Counted from the first letter of the stretch, positions 15,626 to 31,482 are shown. The stretch: 64,000 nucleotides of DNA from the human T2T-CHM13v2.0 reference genome, Homo sapiens (GCF_009914755.1 NC_060947.1), one strand, 5' to 3'. A program made the numbers and translations. Notes: generated from the sequence alone by a model not told the origin.

Positions 15626-17068
15626 TTATTAATTATAGTGGTATTTAAATATTCAAGCATTTGCCTCAAATTACAATGAAGAACCTACTTCTATGTGCTA
15701 AATTTTCCTTGGAAAAATCAACAGTTAAACTTAAATATGATTTTCCCATTTAGAGAAATCCTGGAAATTTTTTAGGGAAATAAAAAACTATCGAGTTAAA
15801 AGTATCATTACTTTGAAGCTTGTCAGCTTACATGAATGACACATGGAAGTTTTCAGTTTAATAAAGAAATAACGAAATAACACTTAAATTTACTAATAGT
15901 TTTTTTTATAATCTGCATTTTAATTGAACATTCCTTCATAAGAGTCTTAGTAAATGCTCAACAGTGTAATATGAGACCTTATTGTGTGGCCTTCCTATTA
16001 ACTTTTGATAAAGTGCCTTCTAAGATCTTCTATAAAAATTGATGGAGGTCTTAAGATGGGTGAGAGGGCATCTACTCTATTCCTGAAGTCCTTTTCTATC
16101 CTTTATTGAGATTGAGAACAGCTGTTCCCTGTCCTTTATTTTTCTCTTTTTCATAGCCTTGACAACTATTCATTTTTCCCCTCAGTCTTCTTCAGATCAA
16201 ATCTTCATATTTCTTCTGATCTTTTTTTAACCAGTCCTGTTTTCCAGTCTTTTGAACATTTCATCCCAGTGGATTAAAACAAAAAACAGCCCTACTTCGT
16301 ATTGGTCTGCTTTACTAGTCTGGAACTGATATCAAGTGATATGTATACATTCCAAAGTTTCTTACCTATATGTATTCCTTCAAGCTATTTCTGACCCTCC
16401 CTTTTCCTCGTATTTGAAATGGACACCATTGTTGTCATGACTCACTCTAAGTAATTTAAAATTAATAGACAAATGAACAAGAGGCTATGGGTCATAAGTT
16501 CCAAGCAAAGCAAGCATTTAGAAGGGAGCACTTATTTATAAAGAATTGTGAAATGTTTTCTGAGTGGCCGCTGGTCATCATTTCAACTTTTTGACTTCTC
16601 AAATGCTGTTTCCCTAAACTTTACAATAAATGGGAAATATATTTATGTTGATTAGGTTGAATTTTGACCCTGAGCAGTGTCACTTCTACCTCCCCCATAC
16701 CTCTCCCTTCTCTACTTCCCTAATCTTTAATTAGGGATTGAGGGTGGGAAGAAAAGGGACAGAACATGTATTTTAGCTCCAGTTAGCTATAACTTCATAC
16801 CTACAGGACACAAACAGAAAAGATCCTAGCCAAGAGCCAAGATAGAGGTTAGTCATTCCTGTTGCAACCGTATCTGGCTCTGAATTATTACCTTTCTCCA
16901 AACCACTGAAGTACTTCAGAGATGTGTTTATTGTACATCCAATATTCTACCTGACTAGGAGGATAGATTGGGTTGGACACACTTTTCCCAGACTTTTGTG
17001 GTATAATTTTGACCTAATCCCCCTACCTATCCAAAAGGCCTATGGGATATATTTTTATCCACCTTTGA

Positions 17069-17269
<201 letters not shown>

Positions 17270-19025
17270 TAAACTACTAGCAATCTGAACATTTACTAGC
17301 TTTAGTTTCCAGAATATTTAACATGTATCTCATTATGAGAGACAGGTTATATTGAAAGAAATGTATTTGTATTACCATATCCTCCAGGGAGCCCCTCTGG
17401 GGTAAATATGTGGGCTTATAATCAAACATACAGAAAAGTTAAAAGAATTGTACAGTGAACACCTATGTATCTACCACAAAGAATCTACATAAATCCCATT
17501 TTAAAATAGATTCATTTAAAAATACCAGAAAGTAAAGAACCAAGTACCTCTGTCACCTTAAATCCTGCCTAATCTTTATCCATAATACCAAGTAACCATT
17601 CCTTCTCCAAGATTTTAGTTATTTTCCATCTCTCTTCCCCTAATGTTGTCACATTTCATATCCCATACTAACAGCTGCCATGGTGAGATACAACAGCTTG
17701 GAAATTAATTTTAATTCATTTTCCATGTGATTGATTTCCAAATAGTGGATCACTATATAACTGATTACACGAGTTCTGACTCCTACTACCTGCTTGTCTG
17801 TCAGTAACCTCCTGGATCAGTGCATGCTGACTCTATCACTAAGGTTTTTCTACTAGTCTAAATACAACTCAATCTTTGATAGCACGACTGTTGCCAGAAG
17901 CAAAAATAAGTTTCCACCAAAATATAATTGAACCTCTGTAATGTATACACCTTCATGCATCAGTGTGCTCTCTAGTCAAGGAAAGATAAGCTGCTTAAAG
18001 ATTTCTTTCAAGTGGGCTAAATCCTACGTCCATTGTATTGTCCATTACTAACGGAGGGTGAAAATGGGATATAGGGGATTTTTATATACAGTTTTCTGTC
18101 TCCAGTGCTGTATTTATGCTTTGAAGTAACTCTAGAAGCTGTGTTTCACATGTATGTGAATGAGGCTGTTGTAACAGAAACTACTTCTTATTCTATCCAC
18201 ATACTCATCCGACCTTTATAAGGTTGTTACAGTGTCTGCCTGATAGGCTTATTGTTTGATATCCTGTCAGAACTTCATAACAAGCACAACATTTTTGTCC
18301 TATATAAACGATTCTTTCCAGATCTGTTATAGTATCCAGCATGTTACAGATACTGTGATTGAAATAAAACTGAAAATATCAATCACCCTTCCCAAAACGT
18401 AAGCTGCCTTCTGCTGTTTCTTCTTTCTCTACCATCATTCTTGTGCCGTACCCTTTTTCTTGCTGTCTTTTGCTAAAACTAGCCTACCATATCAAATAGT
18501 ATAACTTAAAAAAAAAATCTCAGCTCAAATTTAGTGTGAGGCCCTTTTATGTTTTAAATGCCCTTATGCTGGGGCTAGGGAACAGCGTAGTGTAGGAGGC
18601 AGTTTAAAGTAAGTGGGGTTTTTTGTTTGTTTGTTTTTTGTCTTTTTTTTGTTTGTTTTTTTTGTTTGTTTGTTTTGCAAACAGCAGGGACTAACATGCC
18701 AGGAAATATTGCTTTTTCCCCTCAGTTGCAAAGTTCTCTATGGAATTAAGGCTTCACACTCCACCCCATAGTCTGAGTTTCATGGCAAGCATAAAACCTA
18801 GCTGCTCGGATGCTATTTTTAGTAGCTCATGTTGACTGAAGGGCTAATTTCCATGACTCTTTTAAAAAACACATTTTTCACTGAATAACCAAAGCCCACT
18901 AAATCCTCTGTTACAGCAAAGGAGACAGCCTCTCTACCTAGCTTTTAATTCATAGGAGTAGGAGAGCATAATTATGTGAGGCTGTCAGGCACCGCCACTG
19001 ATGATCTCCTGGGTCTTTGTTGCAG

Positions 19026-19084
19026 ACAGAGCAAGCGAATGAAAAAATGAACGCCAAGCTAGAAGAGCTCAGGCAGCATGCGGC
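19026..19084 (+). CDS. KIF4A: KIF4A coding exon (exon 12, 59 nt)
   Basis: ttgcag|ACA GAG CAA...GCG GC|gtaagt; TEQANEKMNAKLEELRQHA(A). Confidence 0.96.
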
Positions 19085-19191
19085 GTAAGTTGCCCACCAG
19101 ATATTTGTTAGCAACCTATAGCATCTTAGTATATAATCGTGGAGCCTCTGGCCTTTGTCATATGAATAACCCTTGGGTTCTTTTTGTTTGA

Positions 19192-19326
<135 letters not shown>

Positions 19327-20422
19327 TAAATAGGCATATCACTTTCATTTGTTTCTCTTGACACATACAAGCCTTTCTAGCTCTGTGCCTTTTGCTGAAA
19401 CAACTAGATTGTGAGCCGCTTTTGGACAGAGGTCGTGGATCATTTGATATGATCTGAATATTGAGTTTGTTAAAACACTCATAGGTTACATATACAATGC
19501 ACATTAGTATTTCAGTATTCTAATCAAATAACAGAAGCAACAACATAGCAGTGCAAAATTGCCTAGGTAGCAAGAGCAGCAGTCATTGATTTGCTGTCCT
19601 CACAGTGTAGGCTAACTTAAAAAGAGGACTTGTACCATACCCCAATTTTAAATAAGCTAAATTCTGACAGATAGCTTAAGGCAACCAGGGAATACCATAA
19701 GCCTCTTTTATAACCAATAATAAGTAAGTTTGAATGATTGTTCTACCATAAGTTCCCATTTTTGTTTATTTTTAGAACCATTATAGTAGTGGCAGGTGTG
19801 TTTTGGGGGTGGGGTGGTTATTTGTTGTTTTTCCCAGAAGAAAAATTTTCACAATCCCACTATCCCTAAAAATCTATTTTTGTTTTGGTGTTCCATCTCT
19901 TAGTCCTTAGGCATATATGCTTTTTAAAAAAAAATTGAAATCGTACTATAACATACTATGTTAAGTGGTAATGGTTGGTTTTGTTCTGTCTACACTCTGT
20001 TGTTTATTATTCTGAAACAGTGATGTGTATGCAGATGCCTGGTGGTAATTCCTAGCTCTTGGGCAGAGATTTTAATTTTACCAGAACCATGAGACTGTAG
20101 TCCCTGGTCTTGCCCAGTGTTTTCTAGAGTTGTCAATAGTGTGTCACAAAATTATCCACACATAGATTTATTCTTGAAGAGAATATTAAAAAAATGCCAT
20201 ACAATATTGTCAGGACTTGTTATGATGGCCAGCTCTAAGAAATTAAATGAGTAAACTCCCCAAAGACTATTAGGCAGTGTTTTAGAATAAGGAGTACTGT
20301 AAAGCTATCATGAGCAGTCCAAGATGACAGCTCATTTATCCAACAAACAGGGTACAGTAATTGAGAGCCTGGGCTCTAGAGCCACACAGACCCTGGTTTG
20401 AAGCCAGTTCTGCCACTTCCTA

Positions 20423-20834
<412 letters not shown>

Positions 20835-23021
20835 TCAGGGTACACTTGAACTCCAGGTAACTTCCCAAGTAAAGCAAGATTGGAGCTTTATAGAGTAAAG
20901 AGAAGAAAGGGTTGTATGTCCGTGTGGTTTAGCTCAGGTAACAGTTTTTAATGTTAATTGATGTGAAACTTTTGGTTGGAGATTGTTTCATTTTTTTATA
21001 CCTCTTCCTCAGGAATATACTGATGCAATCCTATCCGGATAACTGTTATTATATTTTGAGAGTTGTTCTTACAAGCCTTGTAGTTTCTCAGTTGGTCAAG
21101 GTTCACAGGTGGGAGAGGTGGCAAAATAGGGATAACGGGGAAAGGAGGCGAGGGTTGAAGGCAAGGAAAATTGGGAATCCTCTCTCATGTGCTTTCTTTT
21201 ATATCAGCAATGTAAGCAAAGTGCAGTGGGATCATAAAACAAAGGATGATTAACTGTTAGTCCAGAAAATTCAGGAAGGCATCATAGAAGAAACTGGGTC
21301 CTAAAAATGAACAGGAGTTTGCCATGCAGACAAAAGGGAAGGGACAGGCCAACTCTGGGCACACTGCTTACGAGTTAGCCCTGCTCCACAAGGAAAAATT
21401 TAAGAGCTTTTATATAAAATAAATAAGGTTTTTTAAAAAGGGACTAGACTATATATAGAGGACAAGATATAGATAAAAGCAAAGAGGTATGAAAGTTTAA
21501 AAAATGGTAAGAACTTCAATGTGGCTGAAGTATAGAGTACTTGTTAGACAACGGCTATCACAAGGTTAAATTTCACAATTATAATGCCACTCAAATGCAA
21601 CTGAAACATCTGATACATGAAAACCTTGTGTGAGCTGCCTCAGAATTAAGATAATCTAGGCTGCAGAAGCCCACTGGGGCCAAAACTTACAAGCTCAGAA
21701 ATAGTGACCCAGGGTACCCACCATTGTTCATGGCCATCACACCAATCTTAGAGGATTAATACCACCTCATTTCTGGGGCTTCGAGTCACATAGAAAAGAT
21801 GAAGGAAACCCGTGGAACCAAATTAATAAAATAAAGCATCCTCAGTGAGAATCTGGCAATATGACTGGTGCCTGGTGTGCCTGTAGAGGGAGTTGCTAGT
21901 GGTGGCTGGCTCAGAGGAACTCCGTAGAATCGCTGTGTCTGCCACTTAAATGTACTTGGCACACACAGTAGGAGGGTGCTAAAGATTGCCACAAACTGAT
22001 AAAGTTCCTGGCTTCCATCCACTGTCACAGTTAGGCAGAGTAAGCCCTTTTATCCAGGAGTCCTGCTGGACTCCTGAATCAGAGTTCTCCACATCTATTG
22101 TTCGGAGACCCTCCCAGCTATATATTTTTTTGGAAATACACAACAATGTATCCCATGGCTTTTATTAAGACTCACTACAGTGAAAGCAAAATGTTTCAAA
22201 AGTAAGTGCTTGTGCCCTTCATTCTGGATTAAAACTATTTTTATTTTAAGTGACTAGTGAACACCCCCTTTTCCATTATAAAGGCAACCATTGTTCCTAG
22301 ATATTCTTCCTGGGGCTTTAAGCGCTAAACTGTACCATTTCTTCCTTTAAAATATAATTCAAGCAAACCTCCTTGTGCAGTTACCTGTGAGGAAATTCAA
22401 GCAGTCCTTTCAGTTCCTACAAAATCAAATGATCTTTTTTGTTTATATCCCCTCCTCCAAGACCAGTTCCATAAAAAGCATTTTGCATGCCCAGTAACGG
22501 TACCGCCTACAAACACAAACTTCATCTTGGAGGATATTGCTGGTTAATGTAGCACAGTGTACCCTGGCCTTGTTCCCCTAACCATCACCTTTATGAAATC
22601 ACGTTTTATTTTTAAGAGGTTCTTGGTTATAGTCTTAGAATCGGGGGAAAGAGGGCTGTGAGACTGAAATAAATCTTATTGTCATATATTTACATTTAGG
22701 ATTATAGAGGCAGAATTCTGCCATGTTCATGCAGAACATGTCACCATAGCCCTAAGCTTAAACCTTAGTATTGTAAAATTTCACTGGGCCAAAAGCCAAA
22801 GATAAACCCAGAGTAACAACATATCTTCTTCAAGGATTAACCCATCTACTTTTGATCCTAACTCTGGAAGGTACTAGAGAAAGTCTCCAAAGGCCAGTGT
22901 TTTAGGCCCTAATAATCTAGGACAGGCCTCTGATTAGTCCTTATACTGAAAATTGAAACATGGGAGGGAGGAAAGGGTAACCATTATAGATTTTTTTTAA
23001 TCCTTTTTAAGAATGATTTAG

Positions 23022-23380
<359 letters not shown>

Positions 23381-23508
23381 TCATCATGAGAAAGGATGTG
23401 GGAATACTGAAGCTTCCTTTAAATTCTCTTTGAGCCTCACTGGTTGGGAGTTTCTGAGCAGAATAAGGGAAATGCTTCATAAATAGCACTTATTAAGGAT
23501 CTCTTCAG

Positions 23509-26152
23509 GCCAGGCGCAGTGGCTTACGCCTGTAATCCAAACTCTTTGAGAGACCGAGGCAGGTGGAACCCTGGAGCCCAAGAGCTTGAGATCAGCCTAG
23601 GCAACACAGTGAGACCTTGTCTCTACAAAAAAATAAAATAAAATGAGACCATCCTTCATGACATAGTGAGACCCTGTCTACAAAAAAGTTTTTTGTTTTT
23701 TTGTTTTTTTTAGTATTTATTGATCATTCTTGGGTGTTTCTCAGAGAGGGGGATGTGGCAGGGTCATAGGATAATAGTGGAGAGAAGGTTGGCAGATAAA
23801 CACGTGAACAAAGGTCTCTGGCTTTCCTAGGCAGAGGTCCCTGCAGCCTTCTGCAGTGTTTGTGTCCCTGGGTACTTGAGATTAGGGAGTGATGATGACT
23901 CTTAACGAGCATGCTGCCTTCAAGCATCTGTTTAACAAAGCACATCTTGCACCGCCCTTAATCCATTTAACCCTGAGTTGACACAGCACATGTTTCAGAG
24001 AGCACGGGGTTGGGGGTAAGGTTATAGATTAACAGCATCCCAAGGCAGAAGAATTTTTCTTAGTACAGAACAAAATGGAGTCTCCTATGTCTACTTCTTT
24101 CTACACAGACACAGTAACAATCTGATCTCTCTTTCTTTTCCCCACATTTCCCCCTCTTCTTTTCGACAAAACTGCCATTGTCATCATGGCCCGTTCTCAA
24201 TGGTCGCTGTCTCTTCAGAGCTGTTGGGTACACCTCCCAGACGGGGCGGCCGGGCAGAGGCGCTCCTCACTTCCCAGATGGGGCAGCTGGGCAGAGGTGC
24301 TCCTCACCTCCCAGATGGGGCGGCCGGGCAGAGGCACTCCTCACCTCCCAGACGGGGCGGCCGGGCAGAGACGCTCCTCACCTCCCAGACGGGGTGGCCG
24401 GGCAGAGGCGCTCCTCACCTCCCAGAGGGGGCGGCCGGGCAGAGGCGCTCCTCACCTCCCAGACGGGGCGGCCAGGCAGAGGCACTTCTCACATCCCAGA
24501 CGATGGGCGGCCGGGCAGAGGCACTCCTCACTTCCCAGAGGGGGCGGCCGGGCAGAGGCGCTCCTCACTTCCTAGACGGGGTGGCGGCCGGGCAGAGGCA
24601 CTCCTCACATCCCAGACAATGGGCGGCTGGGTAGAGGCGCTCCTCACCTCCCAGACAGGGTGGCCGGGCAGAGGTGCTCCTCACTTCCCAGATGGGGCGG
24701 CCGGGCAGAGGCGCTCCTCACCTCCCAGACAGGGTGGCCGGGCAGAGACGCTCCCTACTTCCCAGATGGGGCGGCCGGGCAGAGGCGCTCCCCACTTCCC
24801 TGACGGGGCGGCCGGGCAGAGACGCTCCTCTCTTCCCAGACGGGGCGGCTGCCGGGCAGAGGCGCTCCTCACTACTCAGACCGGGCGGCCGGGCAGAGGC
24901 ACTCCTCAGTTCCCAGACGGGGCGGCCGGGCAGAGATGCTCCTCACATCCCAGACGGGGTGGTGGCCGGGCAGAGGCGCTCCTCACTTCCCAGACGGGGT
25001 GGCGGCTGGGCAGAGGCACTCCTCACTTCCTAGTCGGGGTGGCGGCCGGGCAGAGACGCTCCTCACCTCCCAGACGGGGTGGCGGCCGGGCAGAGGCGCT
25101 CCTCAGTTCCCAGACGGGGCGGCCGGGCAGAGATGCTCCTCACATCCCAGACGGGGTGGTGGCTGGGCAGAGGCGCTCCTCACTTCCCAGACGGGGTGGC
25201 AGCCGGGCAGAGGCACTCCTCACTTCCTAGACGGGGTGGCGGCCGGGCAGAGACGCTCCTCACCTCCCAGACGGGGTGGCGGCCGGGCAGAGGCGCTCCT
25301 CAGTTCCCAGACGGGGCGGCCGGGCAGAGGCGCTCCTCACTTCCCAGACGGGGCAGCCGGGCAGAGGGGCTCCTCACATCCCAGACAATGGGCGGCCAGG
25401 CGGAGACGCTCCTCACTTCCTAGATGGGGTGGCGGCCGGGCAGAGGCGCTCCTCACTTCCCAGACAGGGCGGCCGGGCAGAGGGGCTCCTCACATCCCAG
25501 ACAATGGGCGGCCAGGCGGAGACGCTCCTCACTTCCTAGATGGGGTGGCGGCCGGGCAGAGGCTGTAATCTTAGCACTTTCAGAGGCCAAGGCAGGTGGC
25601 TGGGAGGTGGAGGTTGTAGCGAGCCGAGATCACGCCACTGCACTCCAGCCTGGGCAACATTGAGCATTGAGTGAGCGAGACTCCGTCTGCAATCCCAGCA
25701 CCTCGGGAGGCCGAGGCGGGCAGATCACTCGAGGTCAAGAGCTGGAGACCAGCCTGGTCAACACGGCGAAACCCCGTCTCCACCAAAAATACAAAAACCA
25801 GTCAGGCTTGGCGGCGCGTGCCTGCATTCCCAGGCACTCGGCAGGCCGAGGCAGGAGAATCACGGGAGCCGGAGGCAGGGAGGTTGCAGCGAGCTGAGAT
25901 CAGGGCAGTACAGTCCAGCCTCGGCAACAGAGGGAGACGGGAGAGGGAGAGGGAGAGGGAAAGGGAGAGAGGGGGAGGGGGACGGGGAGAGGGAGAGGGA
26001 GCTGGGTGTGGTGGTGCACACTTGTAGTCCCAGCTAGTCAGGAGGCTGAGGTGGGAGGATCATTTGAGCCCAGGAGGTGGAGGTTGCAGTGAGCTGAGAT
26101 GGCAGCACCGCATTCCAGCCTGAGTGAAAGAGCGAGACTCTGTCTCAAAAAA
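23509..26152 (+). mobile_element. Old Alu (J-like) split by the SVA: left-arm pieces 23509-23688, right arm 26002-26152
   Basis: Left arm ends gaccctgtctacaaaaaag; right arm resumes ctgggtgtggtggtgcacacttgtagtcccagc. Confidence 0.8.
23689..26001 (-). mobile_element. Full-length SVA (SVA_A/B-like), antisense to KIF4A, inserted in an Alu linker
   Basis: On + strand: poly(T), SINE-R (tatttattgatcattcttgggtg...), ~1.3-kb VNTR of gggcagaggcgctcctcacttcccagacgggg units, Alu-like domain, (GGGAGA)n hexamers; VNTR lacks the younger gctgacccccccacctccctccc unit. Confidence 0.93.
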
Positions 26153-26609
26153 GAGCGAGGGGAGAGGGGTCTCTTCACTTCTCACATTAAAGGTACTAAA
26201 AGTTAAGTTTCAACAACTATGTAATGTTTCATAAGGGTGATATAGAGACTCCATGTACTAACCCTAAATTCTTAGCTGTTGAGCTAATAGCTTTTTCACC
26301 TATGACCTCCTTAAGTACATGACTTCCTGGAAATAATTCTTTTTTCCCAGGGCTTTGAAGAATCACTTACACAGAAGTGGTAATCCATATCTTACAATAC
26401 CAAATAAAGCCTAAATTCCAGTGGTGAGAACAGAGCTTGCTAATATGATAGCCTATAAACAAATTAGTCCTATTAAGTAGTTTAGTTTTCCCTTCTAGGT
26501 GGCATTTGTTTGAATGCCCCAAAAAATAATTTGCCAAAGAATTAGTGCTTACCCTTTTCCTCCTAGTTACCTGGAGTAGCACCATATCATCTGTTCTTTT
26601 TTTCCCTTT

Positions 26610-27520
<911 letters not shown>

Positions 27521-28061
27521 AGGCATTTATTTCTTTATAGAGGAAGATCCTGCTACCTTGACTGACTATAAAAATAAAAAATAACCATTCTATTTACTTT
27601 TCTGATGCATTGCCATTATTTGATATGTCTGTTCGTAGAATGGTATGTCCCCATAAGAACTGGCTAGGCTTGTACATTAATAGAGGTATACTAAGCGGTA
27701 GATGCATAAAAAGAAAGGGTAGAGTCCATAAAATGGGTTAAACTTTGGCCTTTTGGAATGGCTAAATGTTTCACTCTGGCCCAAATGTCTCTGGCAGGGC
27801 AGGAGAAGTGCAAGAAATATGTCAGTTGCCACATGACCTTATTTTTTATAAGAACTACACAATTGTCCTTTATGAAGAAGAAAGACTCTTGAGAGATGGG
27901 AAATGGAAACGTGACTATTGGGGTTTCTGTAACTATAAAATGGGTCCAATATCTTAAACAGTCTCTGTATACACTTAAAAAAAATTAAATAACCAATATA
28001 AAATCCACCAGTAAGCTTTACTTCAGACTCTTTCCCTAAACCAAAACATTTGTTACTGCAG

Positions 28062-28118
28062 GATGAAACTGTTGCTTGCATGGCTGCAGCCATTGATACT
28101 GCGGTGGAGCAAGAAGCC
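28062..28118 (+). CDS. KIF4A: KIF4A coding exon (exon 14, 57 nt)
   Basis: actgcag|GAT GAA ACT...GAA GCC|gtaagt; DETVACMAAAIDTAVEQEA. Confidence 0.95.
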
Positions 28119-29059
28119 GTAAGTAATTGGCCCCTTTGTGTAGAACCAGGAGCTCTAACTGCCGTTTCCTATAATTTATCACTCAACTGAAAAAGAGAAC
28201 CTGTGATTGTTACCATCCTCCATAGAATGCCTGTTAAATCCAGAAATCTTTAGTGTAAATCTCAGCTTCATAAAATCCCTACCTTGGATAGGCTCTACCA
28301 CTAATAGTATAACTGGTAATGGGGGGCAGGACTTCTCAAGAATATAATGTTCCATATTTGCAACCCAGCTGACTGATTTCTTGTTAGAGGCTAGTATTCT
28401 GCATCAACCGTCCAGCAAGTTAAAAATGAGGAGAGGAAAAAATGAGGAAATTATGGCAAAGTCAAAAAAGCATTAGAGGAGAAACAGAAGAGAATTTTTT
28501 CTATGGATGAGATATTAGGGGCTAAAAGAACCAAGGAAAATAATTTAAGTGTTCAGATCACAAGGATAGATAAAATGTGTTAGATGTTGACTAAAGGTTA
28601 TAAAGACAAAATGAAAGGCTGGATGATGGATTGCTTGAGACAGGCTTTTCTCCCTAAAATGAATCTATGTCAGTAGTTTTCACATTCTGAAAGAAGGAAA
28701 ATACTAGGTCAGGTACTAGAGGTCAGCTGTGTGAGAACAAATGAACCCTTTTCTCAATTTCCAGGACCTTCTCTCCTGTAAGAACCCCTTGGAATGAGGT
28801 AAAAGTAAGAAATGCCATCCAGATCAATAAAGGAAAGAGCAAAGAAAGTTAGTTGATACTAAAAGAGTCCATTAAAGTATATAAGAAATAAGGTGCTTGA
28901 GAGAGCAGGGAACTAGGCTAGCTATTTATTTCAGATACTTAAAACAAATGTATGCAGAGCCACTGTTGTAAAGGAACAGAGATATTGTTAATGGAGAAGT
29001 GCCTGTGAGACTTGATGAAATAGTGCCTAAGGAACTCCATTTGCTTGTTTCTCTTATAA

Positions 29060-29314
<255 letters not shown>

Positions 29315-30847
29315 TAAACTGAATGGGAAGAAAACAACAAGCATATAATTTTTGATGATGAAAAGACAACAAAATGTATATAGTATAATGGGAGTTGTAC
29401 TGTTGGTTTAAAAAGAGGATACATTCAGGACAGGGAGCATGTAATTTTGTTCCATTTAATCTAATGCCTTACCTTATGCCACAGGTATTTAATAAATAGT
29501 TTGATAACATTATAATAAATGTGGTCCCTACTTATAGAGAAATTATATTCTAATAACTATGCTTGGATTCTGAGAAAAAACACATCTTTTGGTAAATAGT
29601 CTGGGTTATAGTATGAATTATGAAGACACTAGTGGATGTCACATGACTTGACAAATGGCTAAACTTTTTTCTGATGATAGTTCTAAGTGGCCTTTGCCAA
29701 TTAATAGTCAGGTCTTTACTTAAAGGCAAATCCTTGGCTTTCAGGTTACCCACAAGAAATGGCCCTTGCTCCAGACTTATTTTCCCTTGCAGACCAGTGT
29801 TTCTCACTGTTTGTAATTACAGACAAAGGGATATTAGGATGGGTGGTAGGGGGAAGAATGGGTTGTTTTCCTGTCCAGCTATATCCTACTACTCCCAAGG
29901 TATTATGTGTTTATATTGAGGAACAGCTCTAGTATCCATGCTTTCTTATTCCCCCATGGCAACTGTTCATATGACATACTTTATTTCCAATCTACAACCA
30001 TTAAAAACACTTTATTACTTTACACTGTACAGTTGTTCTCACATCTGAAATAAGACACAGGGGCAGGGAGAGCTTTTGGATTGGACTGCAGTTGTCCTAG
30101 CACCCTATCTATCCTGGGAAGTAGCCTTTTGAAGACAGAAGTGGGGAGGAGAGAACAGTGGACAAGAGAGGTGGACAGTTGGCCCAAGGATGCCCTTGGT
30201 CCCTTCCCTCCTGAGGGCCTTTTCCAGGGGATCCCCCAGGGCCCACGACTGCAGGACCTTCACCAGGAAACCAGGCTGAATGGGAAGAGGGTTCACAGTA
30301 TTGGCGGGGGCTGGGAAGTGGGGCCAGGATGAGGAGGAAGGACAGCTTCTGGCTTTCTTCCCAGCTGCTGGGGGTTGGAGCTGTTTTTTGGCACTGTCTA
30401 CAAGGTCTTCCTGGGGTTGGGAGGAGGAGGAACTGGGGGTTTAAGATTCTTTCCTTGTGGAGTTAGGATTCTTTCCATTTGAAGAGGGGCCATCTGGTCT
30501 ATGGTGAGGTTCCCAAGGCATAAACAGTCAGGGTCTTCTGCCTCCTGCCTCCCCAGGACTTCCACCCCTGCCTGGCTGGCATCATCTAGACAGCCTTTTG
30601 TAAAACCAAGACAAGTGAGAGAGGTGAGCAGAGCTGGAACCAAGCCAGGAGCAGGGAAAGAAAAAAATGTATGCTTTCTCCAGGCCCTCCAATTTATCTT
30701 CCTCTTCCAAGAGGAGAGACTATAGGGTTGGTTTTTGTTGGTGGTGGTTCCCAATCTCAGAAGTCCAGATGAGGCTAGTGTTTTCTACCTGTTCTTGGTC
30801 TAGACAGCCCCAGTCCCTCCCCAGGCTACACTAATGGCTGGCCTAGA

Positions 30848-31032
30848 TCAGTAGTTGGCAGATTCTCATGCATGTCAGAATCATCCGGAAGGCTCCTTAA
30901 AACCCCAGCTTGCAGGGCCCCATTCCATAAGCTCTAATTCAGTGGGTCTTGGGCGGGGCCAATAATTTGCACTTCTATCAAGTTCCCAGGTGATATTCCT
31001 GCTGCTGGAATGCAATACGAGAACCACTGGCC
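30848..31032. mobile_element. MER5A (hAT) remnant
   Basis: gcatgtcagaatcatccggaaggctccttaaaa...aatttgcacttctatcaagttcccaggtgat...gagaaccactg. Confidence 0.75.
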
Positions 31033-31482
31033 TAGAATGGTGCCCACAGTCACATCCTCAGCAACCTGGTGTCTCCTGGGCAGTACTAAGGAGCTGGGCC
31101 ACAGCTGGCAAAGCCCAGCCTTAGGGGTACCAACATCACCTGGGAAGCTGCTGGGAATGGTCTTGGGGTGAGCGCCCGGTGCAGAGAAGTAAACTAAGGC
31201 ACAGAGTTCAGCGGCAGAGCTGGGAGAGGAGCAGGATACCAGGGCCCAGTAGAGAACGGATGGGGCTGCAGGACCCTACAACAAGTACTCATGCTTTTTT
31301 TAAATTGCCAGCTCTCATACGTTTTCAGAGTAAAGACAAAAAAAGTGTTTCTGCTAATTAATTTTCACCACTTTTTCCCCCTAGGTTAGAGGTTGCTTCC
31401 AAAATAATAACTGAGTTGCCAATAGAGATTTTTTTCCCTTTTGTTATCATGGTCTTTTTTAACTTTTAAAAACTTAGTTTTT

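Noticed and set aside
21600-22980. Possible ancient ERV/Gypsy internal remnant
   Set aside because: No gag or pol motif recoverable by eye; needs a Dfam/HMM search
24230-25560. Array of ~37-40-nt repeats that superficially resembles a CRISPR array
   Set aside because: No unique spacers, eukaryotic context and canonical SVA VNTR units
24178-25663. Long overlapping ORFs (up to 350 aa) in all three + frames
   Set aside because: They come from the GC-rich, stop-poor SVA VNTR; the same applies at 46926-47944
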